Origin: an uncultured Clostridia bacterium
GTDB taxonomy: Bacteria > Bacillota > Clostridia > Oscillospirales > Oscillospiraceae
Reading direction: 5' to 3'
NCBI GenBank assembly: GCA_938049025.1
Contig: CALIDF010000064.1
Location: forward strand, 8,677-72,676
DNA: 64,000 bases
Numbering within the stretch: position 1 is the stretch's first letter; every line of letters starts with the position of its first letter. Below are positions 46,453 to 55,337 of the stretch, in pieces. The translations under genes were made by a program, and so were the position numbers. The notes under the pieces are model-generated. The model made no database searches, was not told the DNA's origin, and was given only the letters and a program-made list of their open reading frames with translations.

Positions 46453-47676
46453 TCAGGAATGCCTTTCCTGTCCGAGAAGCAACCGGAAGAGTTCAATGTA
46501 CTTTCCGGTGCAGATGGGCAGGGTATACTTTTGCAGGAAAATTTCCCGGCTTCTGCGCCCCATTTCGGCGGTTTTTTCCGGGTGATCCCGCATCATGCGG
46601 ATCGCATCCGCCATGGCCTCCCCATCGTCGTTCCGAATCCGCACACCGGCGCCGTCCGCCGCGTCACGGGCAATATCGCTGTCCTCCATGACCACCATAA
46701 GCGGACGGCCCGCCATCATGTAGCCATAGGTTTTGCTGGGCACACAGAGCCCTGTCACCCCGCTGCACAGGGTGACCAGCGTGCAGTCCGAGGCCATCAG
46801 CGCATCATCATATTCCTGATCCGTCAGGTAGCCCCGGACGCAGAAGTTATCCAGATGCTCCTCCTCCGCCAGCTTTTTCAGCCTTTCCATCTTATTTCCA
46901 TGGCCGGCAAAAAGGAAAAACACACTGGGGTCATCCTTCAGAATCCGGATGGCGCTGAGCACCGTCTCCATATCCTGAGAAGTGCCCATGTTGCCGAGAT
47001 AGGACACCAGAAACCGATCTTCCGCCATGGTCCGGAAAGAATTGGGCTCGGATGGGTGAAGCTGCCGGTCCGGCCACCAGTTGGGAATCACCGTAACGTG
47101 TTCCGGAGTAATTTCCCGGTTTTCCAGAATGAACTGCCGCATTTCCTCCGAAAGCGCAATCACCTGATCCGCCCGGCGGAACACAGTCCGGTTGATATGA
47201 TCCATCAGCTTGCAGATCATGCTGTTCTCACCCAAGGTATGGGTAACCTTCGCCAGCTCGGGGTAAAGGTCATAGCCAACAAAAACCAGCCTGGTGCCGA
47301 AAAGCCGCTTTGCCCAGGCAGCGACCCAGGGCAGAATCGGCGGATTGGAGTAAACCACCACCGCTCTGTACCGGGAAATCTCCCGCAGATGGAACGCAAC
47401 CTTTGCCGTAAAGGAAAAGTAATTCACGATCCGTCCCCAGAAGCCCTTGCGGTTCAGCTGCAAATATTTCAGCCGGTGGATGTCAATGCCGCTGACCGTC
47501 TCCCGCAGAGGAACCGGATTTCCCTCCAGATACTCCCGCGGGTAGCCGCACAGCGCCCCTACGGAAAAGCCCGCCTCCTTCAGCGCCACCGCGGTTTCAA
47601 AGGGAAGCTGAGCAGAGGAAATATATTCCGGATAAAAAAACTGGCATAAAAAGAGAATGTCCTTTTTCTTTCCCAT
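46453..47676 (-). CDS. Glycosyltransferase family 4 (WbuB/CapL-like)
   Basis: QFFYPE, SNPP, DLYPE, YLGNMG..Q, VPSKTYGYM. Confidence 0.88.
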   Translation of the reverse strand: MGKKKDILFLCQFFYPEYISSAQLPFETAVALKEAGFSVGALCGYPREYLEGNPVPLRETVSGIDIHRLKYLQLNRKGFWGRIVNYFSFTAKVAFHLREISRYRAVVVYSNPPILPWVAAWAKRLFGTRLVFVGYDLYPELAKVTHTLGENSMICKLMDHINRTVFRRADQVIALSEEMRQFILENREITPEHVTVIPNWWPDRQLHPSEPNSFRTMAEDRFLVSYLGNMGTSQDMETVLSAIRILKDDPSVFFLFAGHGNKMERLKKLAEEEHLDNFCVRGYLTDQEYDDALMASDCTLVTLCSGVTGLCVPSKTYGYMMAGRPLMVVMEDSDIARDAADGAGVRIRNDDGEAMADAIRMMRDHPEKTAEMGRRSREIFLQKYTLPICTGKYIELFRLLLGQERHS

Positions 47677-47690
47677 TTTGCCGCTCCTTT

Positions 47691-48563
47691 TCACCGCTCC
47701 GTCTCCGCAATGGACTGAGCCAGATTTTTTACACAGTAGCCATTCCCGTAAGCGCTCAGGCTTCTGTCATATTGCAGGCTTCCGAATGCCTTATTCACTG
47801 CAGGAACGAATCCGCTCAGCAGCTTCAGCGCCCAGGTAAAGCCCGGCACCAGAGAGACGTGTCTGCCATGCTCCCGGGCAATGGCAGCAACCATCCGACT
47901 GGTATTGGTATACTCGTCATTCTGGGGGCAGAAGATTCCCGCCGCCCCGTCCTCGATCAGCTGTCGGATCAGCTCACAGAGGTTTTCGATATAGATCATG
48001 GAGCGCCCGTTTTCCACCTTTGGGAAAGCAGGCAGCTTCGCCGCAAACTTTTCGAGCGCCCGGTAGTTTCCCTTGCAGCCCTTCCCGTAGACGATGGGCG
48101 GGCGAAGAATTGCCACCCGGAAATTCGCATCCGACAGGGGCAGAAGCCGGGCTTCCGCCTCCGCCTTGCTGCTGCCGTAAAGATCTACCGGTGCAAGGGG
48201 CGTGTTCTCCGTAATAACTACCGGTTTTCCCAGCGGTGCGGACAGCCCATAGACGCTCTGGGTGCTGAGGAACAGGAACTGCCTCACACCCTCCCGCTTT
48301 GCCTTTTCCGCAACGGCTGCGGGAAGATCCCGGTTCACCGTCTCATAAAGCTCCCGAAAAGCAGGATCGTGCTTGGTATCCTCCCGGTGGACAATGCCCG
48401 CCGTGTGCAGGATCGCGTCCACGCCGCGGAAGTCGGCCTGCCGCCAGTCCTCCCCGTGCATATTCAGTTCCGATACCGCGTACGCGCCGGGAAAACGCCC
48501 AAGGTATGCTTTGACCTGCGAGCCGATATAGCTTCCCGCGCCGGTAATCAGAATCCGCTTCAT
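47691..48563 (-). CDS. NAD-dependent epimerase/reductase (CapN-like SDR)
   Basis: ILITGAGSYIG, HTAGIVH, YGSSK, RPPIVYG. Confidence 0.85.
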   Translation of the reverse strand: MKRILITGAGSYIGSQVKAYLGRFPGAYAVSELNMHGEDWRQADFRGVDAILHTAGIVHREDTKHDPAFRELYETVNRDLPAAVAEKAKREGVRQFLFLSTQSVYGLSAPLGKPVVITENTPLAPVDLYGSSKAEAEARLLPLSDANFRVAILRPPIVYGKGCKGNYRALEKFAAKLPAFPKVENGRSMIYIENLCELIRQLIEDGAAGIFCPQNDEYTNTSRMVAAIAREHGRHVSLVPGFTWALKLLSGFVPAVNKAFGSLQYDRSLSAYGNGYCVKNLAQSIAETER

Positions 48564-48581
48564 GTGAATGCTCCTTTGATA

Positions 48582-49373
48582 TCAAACCAGCTTCTTGCCC
48601 TGCTTCCGGAAATCCCGCGCCTGCTCTGTGGTAGGCCAGGTGAAGTAGCGTCCTTCCTCCGTGTGGTTCTTCCGGGGCGTCAGGGTACCGTTCGTGATCC
48701 GCTCAATGGCCTCCACCATGGCCTCGCCGCCCACCAGCTTAGTCCTTCCCATTACTTCAAACATGGTGCGGCAGTCCGAAATGTCTACCGAACGCTGAAC
48801 GCAGATGTCTCCGTCATCAATGGCCGCGCTCATGTAATGCACCGTTGCGCCACCCAGCTTTTCCCCGTTATACAGGTACCAGAAGGAGGGGAAGCACCCC
48901 CGGTAGTCCGGCAGCAGTGCGCCGTGAACATTCAGAACCCCATAACGGGGAACGCCCAGCAGCTCCGGCTTGATCACCTGCGGGGCAGAGTAGGAAATAA
49001 TAAGATCCGGCCGGACGTCCCGCACATGAGCAACGTACTCTGCACTGTTGACATTGGTCACGGTGCGATACTCCGCCCCCAGCTTCCTTGCGGCAGACTC
49101 CACGGAGCACTGTCCGCCAAAGCGGCGGTATCCGGACGCCCGGTCCACAAGGTCGCTGAATTTTCTGGCGCAGGTCTTAACTCCCATTTTTGCGCACTGG
49201 AAAAAACCGAACCAGCGCACCATATCGGAAATTTTGTTGTCCAGTGAGCTTTTTGCCTGATTATTCACCACTTCCACAATATTGCAGACCTTGCCTGCTT
49301 TCAGAATGTTGGCAGGGATGAAAAAACCGTCCTTCTGAGTCAGGACAATGACCTTCAGCTTTCTCTCTTCCAT
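48582..49373 (-). CDS. Formyltransferase (Formyl_trans_N family)
   Basis: LNVHGALLPDYRG and GATVHYM..IDDGDI catalytic N/H/D motifs. Confidence 0.88.
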   Translation of the reverse strand: MEERKLKVIVLTQKDGFFIPANILKAGKVCNIVEVVNNQAKSSLDNKISDMVRWFGFFQCAKMGVKTCARKFSDLVDRASGYRRFGGQCSVESAARKLGAEYRTVTNVNSAEYVAHVRDVRPDLIISYSAPQVIKPELLGVPRYGVLNVHGALLPDYRGCFPSFWYLYNGEKLGGATVHYMSAAIDDGDICVQRSVDISDCRTMFEVMGRTKLVGGEAMVEAIERITNGTLTPRKNHTEEGRYFTWPTTEQARDFRKQGKKLV

Positions 49374-49376
49374 GGT

Positions 49377-50045
49377 TTATTTCCCCTCATCATTCGCCCA
49401 CGCAATCAACTGGGCAAGCATTTTCTCCGCGGAACTGCCGGATACGCTGCAAAAGATGCTTTTCACGGTCCAGCCGATCATTCTGGCATCCAGCTTCCAG
49501 TTTGCGTGATGCACATAGTACCGATCCAGCTTAAGCCGGGTGGACAGCACCAGACGCTCGTACTCTGCCTCGTCCTCGATGGTATCGCCGTAAATATAAT
49601 CGTACAGTGCGGACGGTCCGGAAAGTCCCGGCTTCACCGTGCTGACCTCCGCGTATTCTCCGCCCCGGGTCACCGCCGCCTGATCTACACTGGCAGGCCG
49701 GGGACCGATTACGCTCATATCCCCCAGAAATACGTTCAGCAGCTGCGGGAGCTCATCAATTTTGGAGCTGCGCATAAATGCGCCCCAAGGAAAGATCCGG
49801 TTCACATCCGCCTTGAAGCTTTTCTCATTGGCATGCTTGTCCACCCGCATGGAGCGGAACTTGTACATGCGAAACACCCGATCCTCCTGTCCTACCCGCT
49901 TTGCCAGATAAAATACAGGTCCCGGGTCGGAAACCTCAATGCCAACCACTGCCGCAAGCCACAGCGGCGATGTCAGCACCAGCCCCAGCGCAGAGGCCGT
50001 TACATCAAAGGCCCGCTTTGCGGCTCTGTAACCGGCGCCGCTCAC
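49377..50045 (-). CDS. Priming undecaprenyl-phosphate sugar phosphotransferase
   Basis: KRAFD, YKFRSM, DELPQLLNV..GDMS.IGPRP, KPGLSG. Confidence 0.93.
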   Translation of the reverse strand: MSGAGYRAAKRAFDVTASALGLVLTSPLWLAAVVGIEVSDPGPVFYLAKRVGQEDRVFRMYKFRSMRVDKHANEKSFKADVNRIFPWGAFMRSSKIDELPQLLNVFLGDMSVIGPRPASVDQAAVTRGGEYAEVSTVKPGLSGPSALYDYIYGDTIEDEAEYERLVLSTRLKLDRYYVHHANWKLDARMIGWTVKSIFCSVSGSSAEKMLAQLIAWANDEGK

Positions 50046-50725
50046 AGGATCACTCTCCGCATGGCACTTTCAAAGGCTTCCGCATAGAAGCAGCCGGACA
50101 CAGCCCCCCGGCTTGCCGCCAGTCCCTGAATGGCCTCCGCACTTCTGGGATGGGGATAGGGGCGCATAACGCCCCGGTAGCAGGCAAGGGCCTCCAGTTT
50201 TCTGTCCACGCCTTCCTTGCCGATCTCCACATAGGTATTGGCACGGAAGTCGGAAAGGGAGCTGTTCAGCGCCCACTCCGTGGAAGACGGAACCTCCATA
50301 TACAGCACCTCCCGCAGAGGCGTTACATCCGTGCGGCGCTGGAACAGGCGCACTGCCGCCTGACAGGCGAGAGACGTCTGGACATGGTCGTTATTCAGGT
50401 CCGCGGGATGATGGGTAATAACCGTATCCGCCCCGGTTTCCACCATTGCCTTTTCAATAAACTGCACCAGATTCAGGTGCGGAACGGTATTCATCTGAAT
50501 GTTGGGAAAATCCCCGGTAATGACCCGGTTGACCCCCAGCAGCTCCATGCAGTGCATCATATCCTCATGAAGCTGGTTATCCTCCGGACGGAATGCCCGG
50601 GCATTTGCCTGTGCGCAGAGGATGCAGACATTGACCTCCTCGCCCTTTTGGGTCAGCCGGTAGATGGTTCCGCCTGCTCCCAGCACCTCATCATCCGGGT
50701 GGGCAGCAACGATCAGATAAGACAT
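50042..50725 (-). CDS. PIG-L/LmbE family N-deacetylase
   Basis: AAHPDDEVLGAGG, THHPADLNNDH. Confidence 0.9.
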   Translation of the reverse strand: MSYLIVAAHPDDEVLGAGGTIYRLTQKGEEVNVCILCAQANARAFRPEDNQLHEDMMHCMELLGVNRVITGDFPNIQMNTVPHLNLVQFIEKAMVETGADTVITHHPADLNNDHVQTSLACQAAVRLFQRRTDVTPLREVLYMEVPSSTEWALNSSLSDFRANTYVEIGKEGVDRKLEALACYRGVMRPYPHPRSAEAIQGLAASRGAVSGCFYAEAFESAMRRVIL

Positions 50726-50746
50726 ATCCGTTTCTCCTTTTCCGGT

Positions 50747-52636
50747 TTATTTCACAGCGGCTTCCTGGGGCTTCCGCTGATAGGTCGGCACGATCTGCGC
50801 CACAATGTCCTTCATGTGGTCGGACTCCTCTTCACAGGCTTCCGCCAGCCGGGACAGCTGCTCCTTGAACAACTCGTCATCCATGCTGATGGGCTTGCCG
50901 ATGTGGATCATCCGGTTGGCCGTTTCCTGCATGCCCTCCTCCTTCATGAGCAGCTCCTCATAAAGCTTCTCACCGGGGCGAAGGCCGGTATACTCGATCT
51001 TGATATCCACATCCGGCTCGTAGCCGCTGAGCCGGATCAGGTTCCGTGCCATGGTGTCGATCTTTACCGGCTCGCCCATATCCAGCACGAAAATTTCGCC
51101 ACCCTTTGCGTAAGCGCCTGCCTGCAGAACAAGGCTCACCGCCTCGGGGATGGTCATGAAATAGCGGATCACATCCGGGTGGGTCACGGTAACGGGGCCG
51201 CCCGCTTCGATCTGCTTTTTGAACAGGGGCACCACACTGCCGTTGCTGCCCAGCACGTTGCCGAAGCGAACCGCCACGAATTCCGTCTGAGATTCCCGGT
51301 TCATCATCTGGATGACCATCTCGCACAGGCGCTTGGACGCACCCATGATATTGGTGGGATTCACGGCCTTATCCGTAGAGATCATCACAAACCGCTTGAC
51401 ACCGTACTTGCTGGACACCTTTGCCATGTTATAGGTGCCGAAAACATTGTTCTTGATTGCTTCGTTAGGGCTATCCTCCATGAGAGGTACATGCTTGTGC
51501 GCCGCGGCATGGAACACCAGCTCCGGCCGCCATGTCTCCATAATGCTTTCCAGTCGGGAAATATTCCGCACGGAGCCGATAAGCACCTGCAGATCCAGTT
51601 CCGGATGAATCCGGCGCAGCTCCATCTGAATGTCATAGGCATTATTTTCGTAAATATCCAGAATGATCAGCCGGGCGGGCTTCAGCCGGGCGATCTGGCG
51701 GCAAAGCTCACTGCCGATGGAACCGCCGCCGCCGGTAACCAGAACCACCTTTCCGGAAATGAATCCCGCCAGCTCGTCCAGATTTACCTTAACGGGGTCA
51801 CGGCCCAGCAGATCCTGCGGGTCTACCTTCCGAAGCTTGCTCACACTGATCTCGCCGTTGAGCATTTGATAAATTCCGGGCAGAGTATGTACTTCGCAGC
51901 CGGTTGTGGTGCAGATATCCAGAATTTCCTTCCGGGTCGCGGCAGAGGCACTGGGAATGGCAAAGACGATCTTGTCGATCCGATACCGCTTTACTGCCTT
52001 CGGAATATCATTCCGCCCGCCCACAATGGGAACGCCGCACAGACGGCGATGCATCTTGGACACATTATCATCGATCACGCAGACGACCTCATCATTGATG
52101 AACTCGCTGTTGATGTATTCCATGATCAGCGTTCTTCCCGCTTCTCCGGCGCCGATGAGCATGACCCGCTTGATACCCGTGATATGGGCCATGTGGCTCA
52201 GCTTCTGAAGCGCCATCTTCATCATGCGGTAGGAAAACCGGATGCCGACCGTAAACATAAAGCTCAGCAGAAACCCGATGACCATGCTGGAACGGGGGAT
52301 GATCGTTCCGTCAAAGCCGTAAATGGAAATACCGACAATTCCGAGAACCACATAGGCCCCGGCAATCCGGAACACCTCCGATGCGCTGACATAGACCCAG
52401 ATGCTGCTGTAGAGCTTGAACAGGGCAAACACCAGCACCGTAATGGCACACCATGGCAGAATAAACGACAGATAGCCCTCCAGATGCCGGTAGCTGATGT
52501 CCGAGAAATGGAATTCCGCCCGGAACCAGAGTCCGAAAAAGAAGGAGCCCGCCGTGGCAAGCACATCCAGAATTACGATAAAGAGCACCTTGGAGGCTGC
52601 GTTCAGTTTATTTTTTATCTGTTTGGAGGTTCGCAT
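50747..52636 (-). CDS. Membrane-bound UDP-GlcNAc 4,6-dehydratase (CapD/PglF family)
   Basis: Four TM helices, IGAGEAG, TGGGGSIGSE, HAAAHKHVP, STDKAVNPTNIMGASK, RFGNVLGS. Confidence 0.93.
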   Translation of the reverse strand: MRTSKQIKNKLNAASKVLFIVILDVLATAGSFFFGLWFRAEFHFSDISYRHLEGYLSFILPWCAITVLVFALFKLYSSIWVYVSASEVFRIAGAYVVLGIVGISIYGFDGTIIPRSSMVIGFLLSFMFTVGIRFSYRMMKMALQKLSHMAHITGIKRVMLIGAGEAGRTLIMEYINSEFINDEVVCVIDDNVSKMHRRLCGVPIVGGRNDIPKAVKRYRIDKIVFAIPSASAATRKEILDICTTTGCEVHTLPGIYQMLNGEISVSKLRKVDPQDLLGRDPVKVNLDELAGFISGKVVLVTGGGGSIGSELCRQIARLKPARLIILDIYENNAYDIQMELRRIHPELDLQVLIGSVRNISRLESIMETWRPELVFHAAAHKHVPLMEDSPNEAIKNNVFGTYNMAKVSSKYGVKRFVMISTDKAVNPTNIMGASKRLCEMVIQMMNRESQTEFVAVRFGNVLGSNGSVVPLFKKQIEAGGPVTVTHPDVIRYFMTIPEAVSLVLQAGAYAKGGEIFVLDMGEPVKIDTMARNLIRLSGYEPDVDIKIEYTGLRPGEKLYEELLMKEEGMQETANRMIHIGKPISMDDELFKEQLSRLAEACEEESDHMKDIVAQIVPTYQRKPQEAAVK

Positions 52637-52787
52637 TGAAACACACATCCATTTTTGATTGATTGCCCATCTGCGCCACGGAAGCCAGACCGCGCCGCTC
52701 CGCCGGAGTCTGTGCGGTTCTGCGGGATTTTGTATATATTTTGGCACGATTCCGGAAACAAAAGGGCATACTTACACTATTCATCTT

Positions 52788-52816
52788 ATTATATCATATC
52801 TTACCGGATACGGCAA
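52788..52816 (-). promoter_or_regulatory. Promoter of the polysaccharide cluster
   Basis: TTGCCG-17bp-TATAAT with extended TG. Confidence 0.7.
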
Positions 52817-52839
52817 GGGAAAGTTTCCCCCGAAACCGC

Positions 52840-52873
52840 AAAAAGCCCCCGTACCAAAATGGTACAGGGGTTT
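52840..52873 (-). terminator. Terminator-like hairpin upstream of the cluster promoter
   Basis: Minus strand AAACCCCTGTACCA-TTT-TGGTACGGGGGCTTTTT. Confidence 0.55.
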
Positions 52874-52929
52874 GATCCCATCAAAAGCAGGGAAAGCCTA
52901 TTCTGATAAAAAGGGCCGCGGATGAGTCC

Positions 52930-52958
52930 TTGCAATTGTATTTCGCGTATGGTATCAT
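52930..52958 (+). promoter_or_regulatory. Promoter upstream of the GNAT pair
   Basis: TTGCAA-17bp-TATCAT with extended TG. Confidence 0.65.
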
Positions 52959-52986
52959 TGAATGAAGGGAATCAGGCATTGTTTGT

Positions 52987-53489
52987 AAATTGGAATTTGT
53001 GGAGGAGAACTTTTGACATGCATATCATTCAAATAGCAAATGATGCGGATAAAAAGAGCATAACCAGAAATATATTGGAAGAACTGCCTGAATGGTTTGG
53101 AATCCCTGAGGCACGAGAAGAATATATCCGCGACAGCGCAGGGAAAGTCTTCTTTTGTGCCATGGAAAACGAAAAAGACTTGGGATTTTTGTATCTCAAA
53201 GAAACGGGAAAAGATACAGTTGAGCTTGCGGTTATGGGCGTCTTAAAAGAATATCACCGCGAGGGAATCGGAAAAGAACTTTTTAACCGTGCGAAAAAGG
53301 CTGCAAAAGAAATGGGTTATTCATTTATACAGGTTAAAACTGTTCAAATGGGGAAATATAAATCCTATGACGATACAAATCGGTTTTATATTTCTATCGG
53401 TTTTAAGGAGTTTGAAGTATTTCCTACATTATGGGATAAATGGAATCCCTGCCAAATCTATGTGATGGGAATATGACAAATTCCAGTTT
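52987..53489. mobile_element. Putative non-autonomous gene cassette bounded by 14-bp inverted repeats
   Basis: AAATTGGAATTTGT (52987-53000) and ACAAATTCCAGTTT (53476-53489), a 13/14 inverted match enclosing one low-GC gene. Confidence 0.55.
53018..53476 (+). CDS. GNAT family N-acetyltransferase
   Basis: VMGVLKEYHREGIGKEL acetyl-CoA motif, NRFYISIGF; GGAGGA RBS. Confidence 0.9.
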   Translation: MHIIQIANDADKKSITRNILEELPEWFGIPEAREEYIRDSAGKVFFCAMENEKDLGFLYLKETGKDTVELAVMGVLKEYHREGIGKELFNRAKKAAKEMGYSFIQVKTVQMGKYKSYDDTNRFYISIGFKEFEVFPTLWDKWNPCQIYVMGI

Positions 53490-53549
53490 TCCAATTTCCG
53501 TTACCAGCAGAACAGGCACATCGAAACGAAAGTCAAAGGAGCGGACTGT

Positions 53550-54095
53550 ATGGAAGAACTGAAGCTGTATATTCCCAATCCTGAGGATCTGTGGTTCTAT
53601 CGGCAGATGATGTCTGATCCGGAAACAATGTCCTACAACGCAGGCTGGGATGTGAACTATCCGGGATACCATCGGGACACCGGCTGCATCGACTACCCGG
53701 ACGAGGCTCTTGCCAATTGGTATGACCAATGGATTGGAAACGAGCCGGATCGTTTCTATGCTTATATCGTGCGCAGCTCCGACGGCGCATGGATCGGTGA
53801 TGTAAACTTCCACTATACTCCGGAAAAAGATTGGTGGGATATGGGCATCGTGATATACGCACCCTTCCGTGGAAAGCATTATGCCGTTCCTGCGCTGAAG
53901 CTGATGTTGGATCACGCCTTCCGTGTTTGCGGTATTTCCAGAATCCATAACGACTTCGAGACTGCGCGGAACGAAATTGCCGCATGGGAAACCCATCGCA
54001 AGGCAGGCTTTCAGGAATTGGGGGTAAAAGACGGTTTTCTCCACATGCTGGTTACCAGAGAAGATTATCTGCGTGCATCGCAAAAATGCCTGTAA
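53550..54095 (+). CDS. GNAT family N-acetyltransferase (RimJ/RimL-like)
   Basis: WIGDV, MGIVIYAPFRGKHYA, N..A...HRKAGF; AAGGAG RBS. Confidence 0.85.
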   Translation: MEELKLYIPNPEDLWFYRQMMSDPETMSYNAGWDVNYPGYHRDTGCIDYPDEALANWYDQWIGNEPDRFYAYIVRSSDGAWIGDVNFHYTPEKDWWDMGIVIYAPFRGKHYAVPALKLMLDHAFRVCGISRIHNDFETARNEIAAWETHRKAGFQELGVKDGFLHMLVTREDYLRASQKCL

Positions 54096-54162
54096 AAAAT
54101 ATTCCCACCCCATTTTCCACAGCGGAAACAGAGAAAGCAGCATAAACAGCGCAACCTCTCTG

Positions 54163-54207
54163 ACATGCCAAAGCCCCCGTGCCAGGCGCACGGGGGCTTT
54201 GGCATGT
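54163..54207. terminator. Long hairpin between the convergent GNAT and kinase genes
   Basis: 20-bp perfect stem ACATGCCAAAGCCCCCGTGC/GCACGGGGGCTTTGGCATGT. Confidence 0.75.
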
Positions 54208-54216
54208 GAAATTGAA

Positions 54217-55305
54217 TCAGCGGGAAATACACCGCCGGACAATAGCTTCCATGGCATCCTGTTTTTTCAGCATATCCCGGCACAGAGCAATCTGGCAGCG
54301 AGCACGCTGGAGATTGTGCCTGGGATTCCGGATCTTAAAATAAGGATCTCCCCGGAGGTAATCCTCCAGCCACCGGACTGCAACCTCCGCAGTCATGCAG
54401 AAGCAGCTGATCGGAAGGGTCCGGATCTCTTCCTCCGTCAGGGTATCCGCCGTTTTTTCCAGGAATCCCTCGGCAAAGGCGCTGAACACATCCAGATCCA
54501 GCTTTGCTTTCTCCGCTTCGGGACAGTCCTCCTCCACCTCATTGGCGGCAAAGCGGATGGCATCCCCGAAATCATGCCCAACCAGTCCGGGCATCACCGT
54601 ATCCAGATCGACCACCGCCAGCGCCCGGTTATCCGCCGGGTCAAACAGCACGTTGTTGATCTTGGTATCGTTATGCGTCACCCGCAGAGGGAGCTTTCCG
54701 GCCGCCTGCAGGTCCGTCAGTGTGCAGGCAATGTCCTCCACCTCCATCACAGAACGGATGTCATCCCGGACCTCATCCAGCCTGCCGACCTTGTTTTCGG
54801 AAATTGCCTGCCGCAGATTCTCATAACGGCTGCGGGTATTGTGAAAATTCGGGATGGTTTCGTGCAGCAGCGAAATGTCAAAATCCGAAAGCTGCCGCTG
54901 GAAGTCTCCGAAGGCGCCGCCGGCATTCCGGATGACCTTGGGATCCTGCACGGAGTTATACGTCACCGATGGAATGAAATTGGTCATCCGCCAGAAGTTA
55001 TCCCCCTCCGCAAGGAAGGTCTTTCCGTCTGCCGTGTGATAGAAATGCAGGCAGAGCTGTCCCGGGCATTTTGCGCGGATATGCTCCGTGACAAGATCAA
55101 TGTTCTCCATCAGCCCCACCGGATCCCGGAAAGCATAAGTGTTGACATTCTGCACCAGACAGGATTTGAGGCTGCCGTCCGGAAGCTGGAAGTTCACCTT
55201 ATAGGTCTGGTTGATATTGCCCATCTGAATCGTCTCAAAGCCCAGAAATGTATCCCCAATCTGGAACAGGCGGCACACTTCCTTCAGTTTTTCATAAAGC
55301 TCCAT
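54217..55305 (-). CDS. APH/choline-kinase-fold phosphotransferase (N-acetylhexosamine 1-kinase-like)
   Basis: GNINQTY, TIPNFHNT, RVTHNDTKINN, DLDTVMPG, DFGDAIR. Confidence 0.85.
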   Translation of the reverse strand: MELYEKLKEVCRLFQIGDTFLGFETIQMGNINQTYKVNFQLPDGSLKSCLVQNVNTYAFRDPVGLMENIDLVTEHIRAKCPGQLCLHFYHTADGKTFLAEGDNFWRMTNFIPSVTYNSVQDPKVIRNAGGAFGDFQRQLSDFDISLLHETIPNFHNTRSRYENLRQAISENKVGRLDEVRDDIRSVMEVEDIACTLTDLQAAGKLPLRVTHNDTKINNVLFDPADNRALAVVDLDTVMPGLVGHDFGDAIRFAANEVEEDCPEAEKAKLDLDVFSAFAEGFLEKTADTLTEEEIRTLPISCFCMTAEVAVRWLEDYLRGDPYFKIRNPRHNLQRARCQIALCRDMLKKQDAMEAIVRRCISR

Positions 55306-55337
55306 TTCTTCACTTCCCCTGCTTTCCACCTGCGTAT

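Noticed and set aside
54217..55305. Aminoglycoside resistance kinase
   Set aside because: Motifs fit the NahK/mucin-desulfating-type APH-fold family, with host-like GC and a housekeeping context
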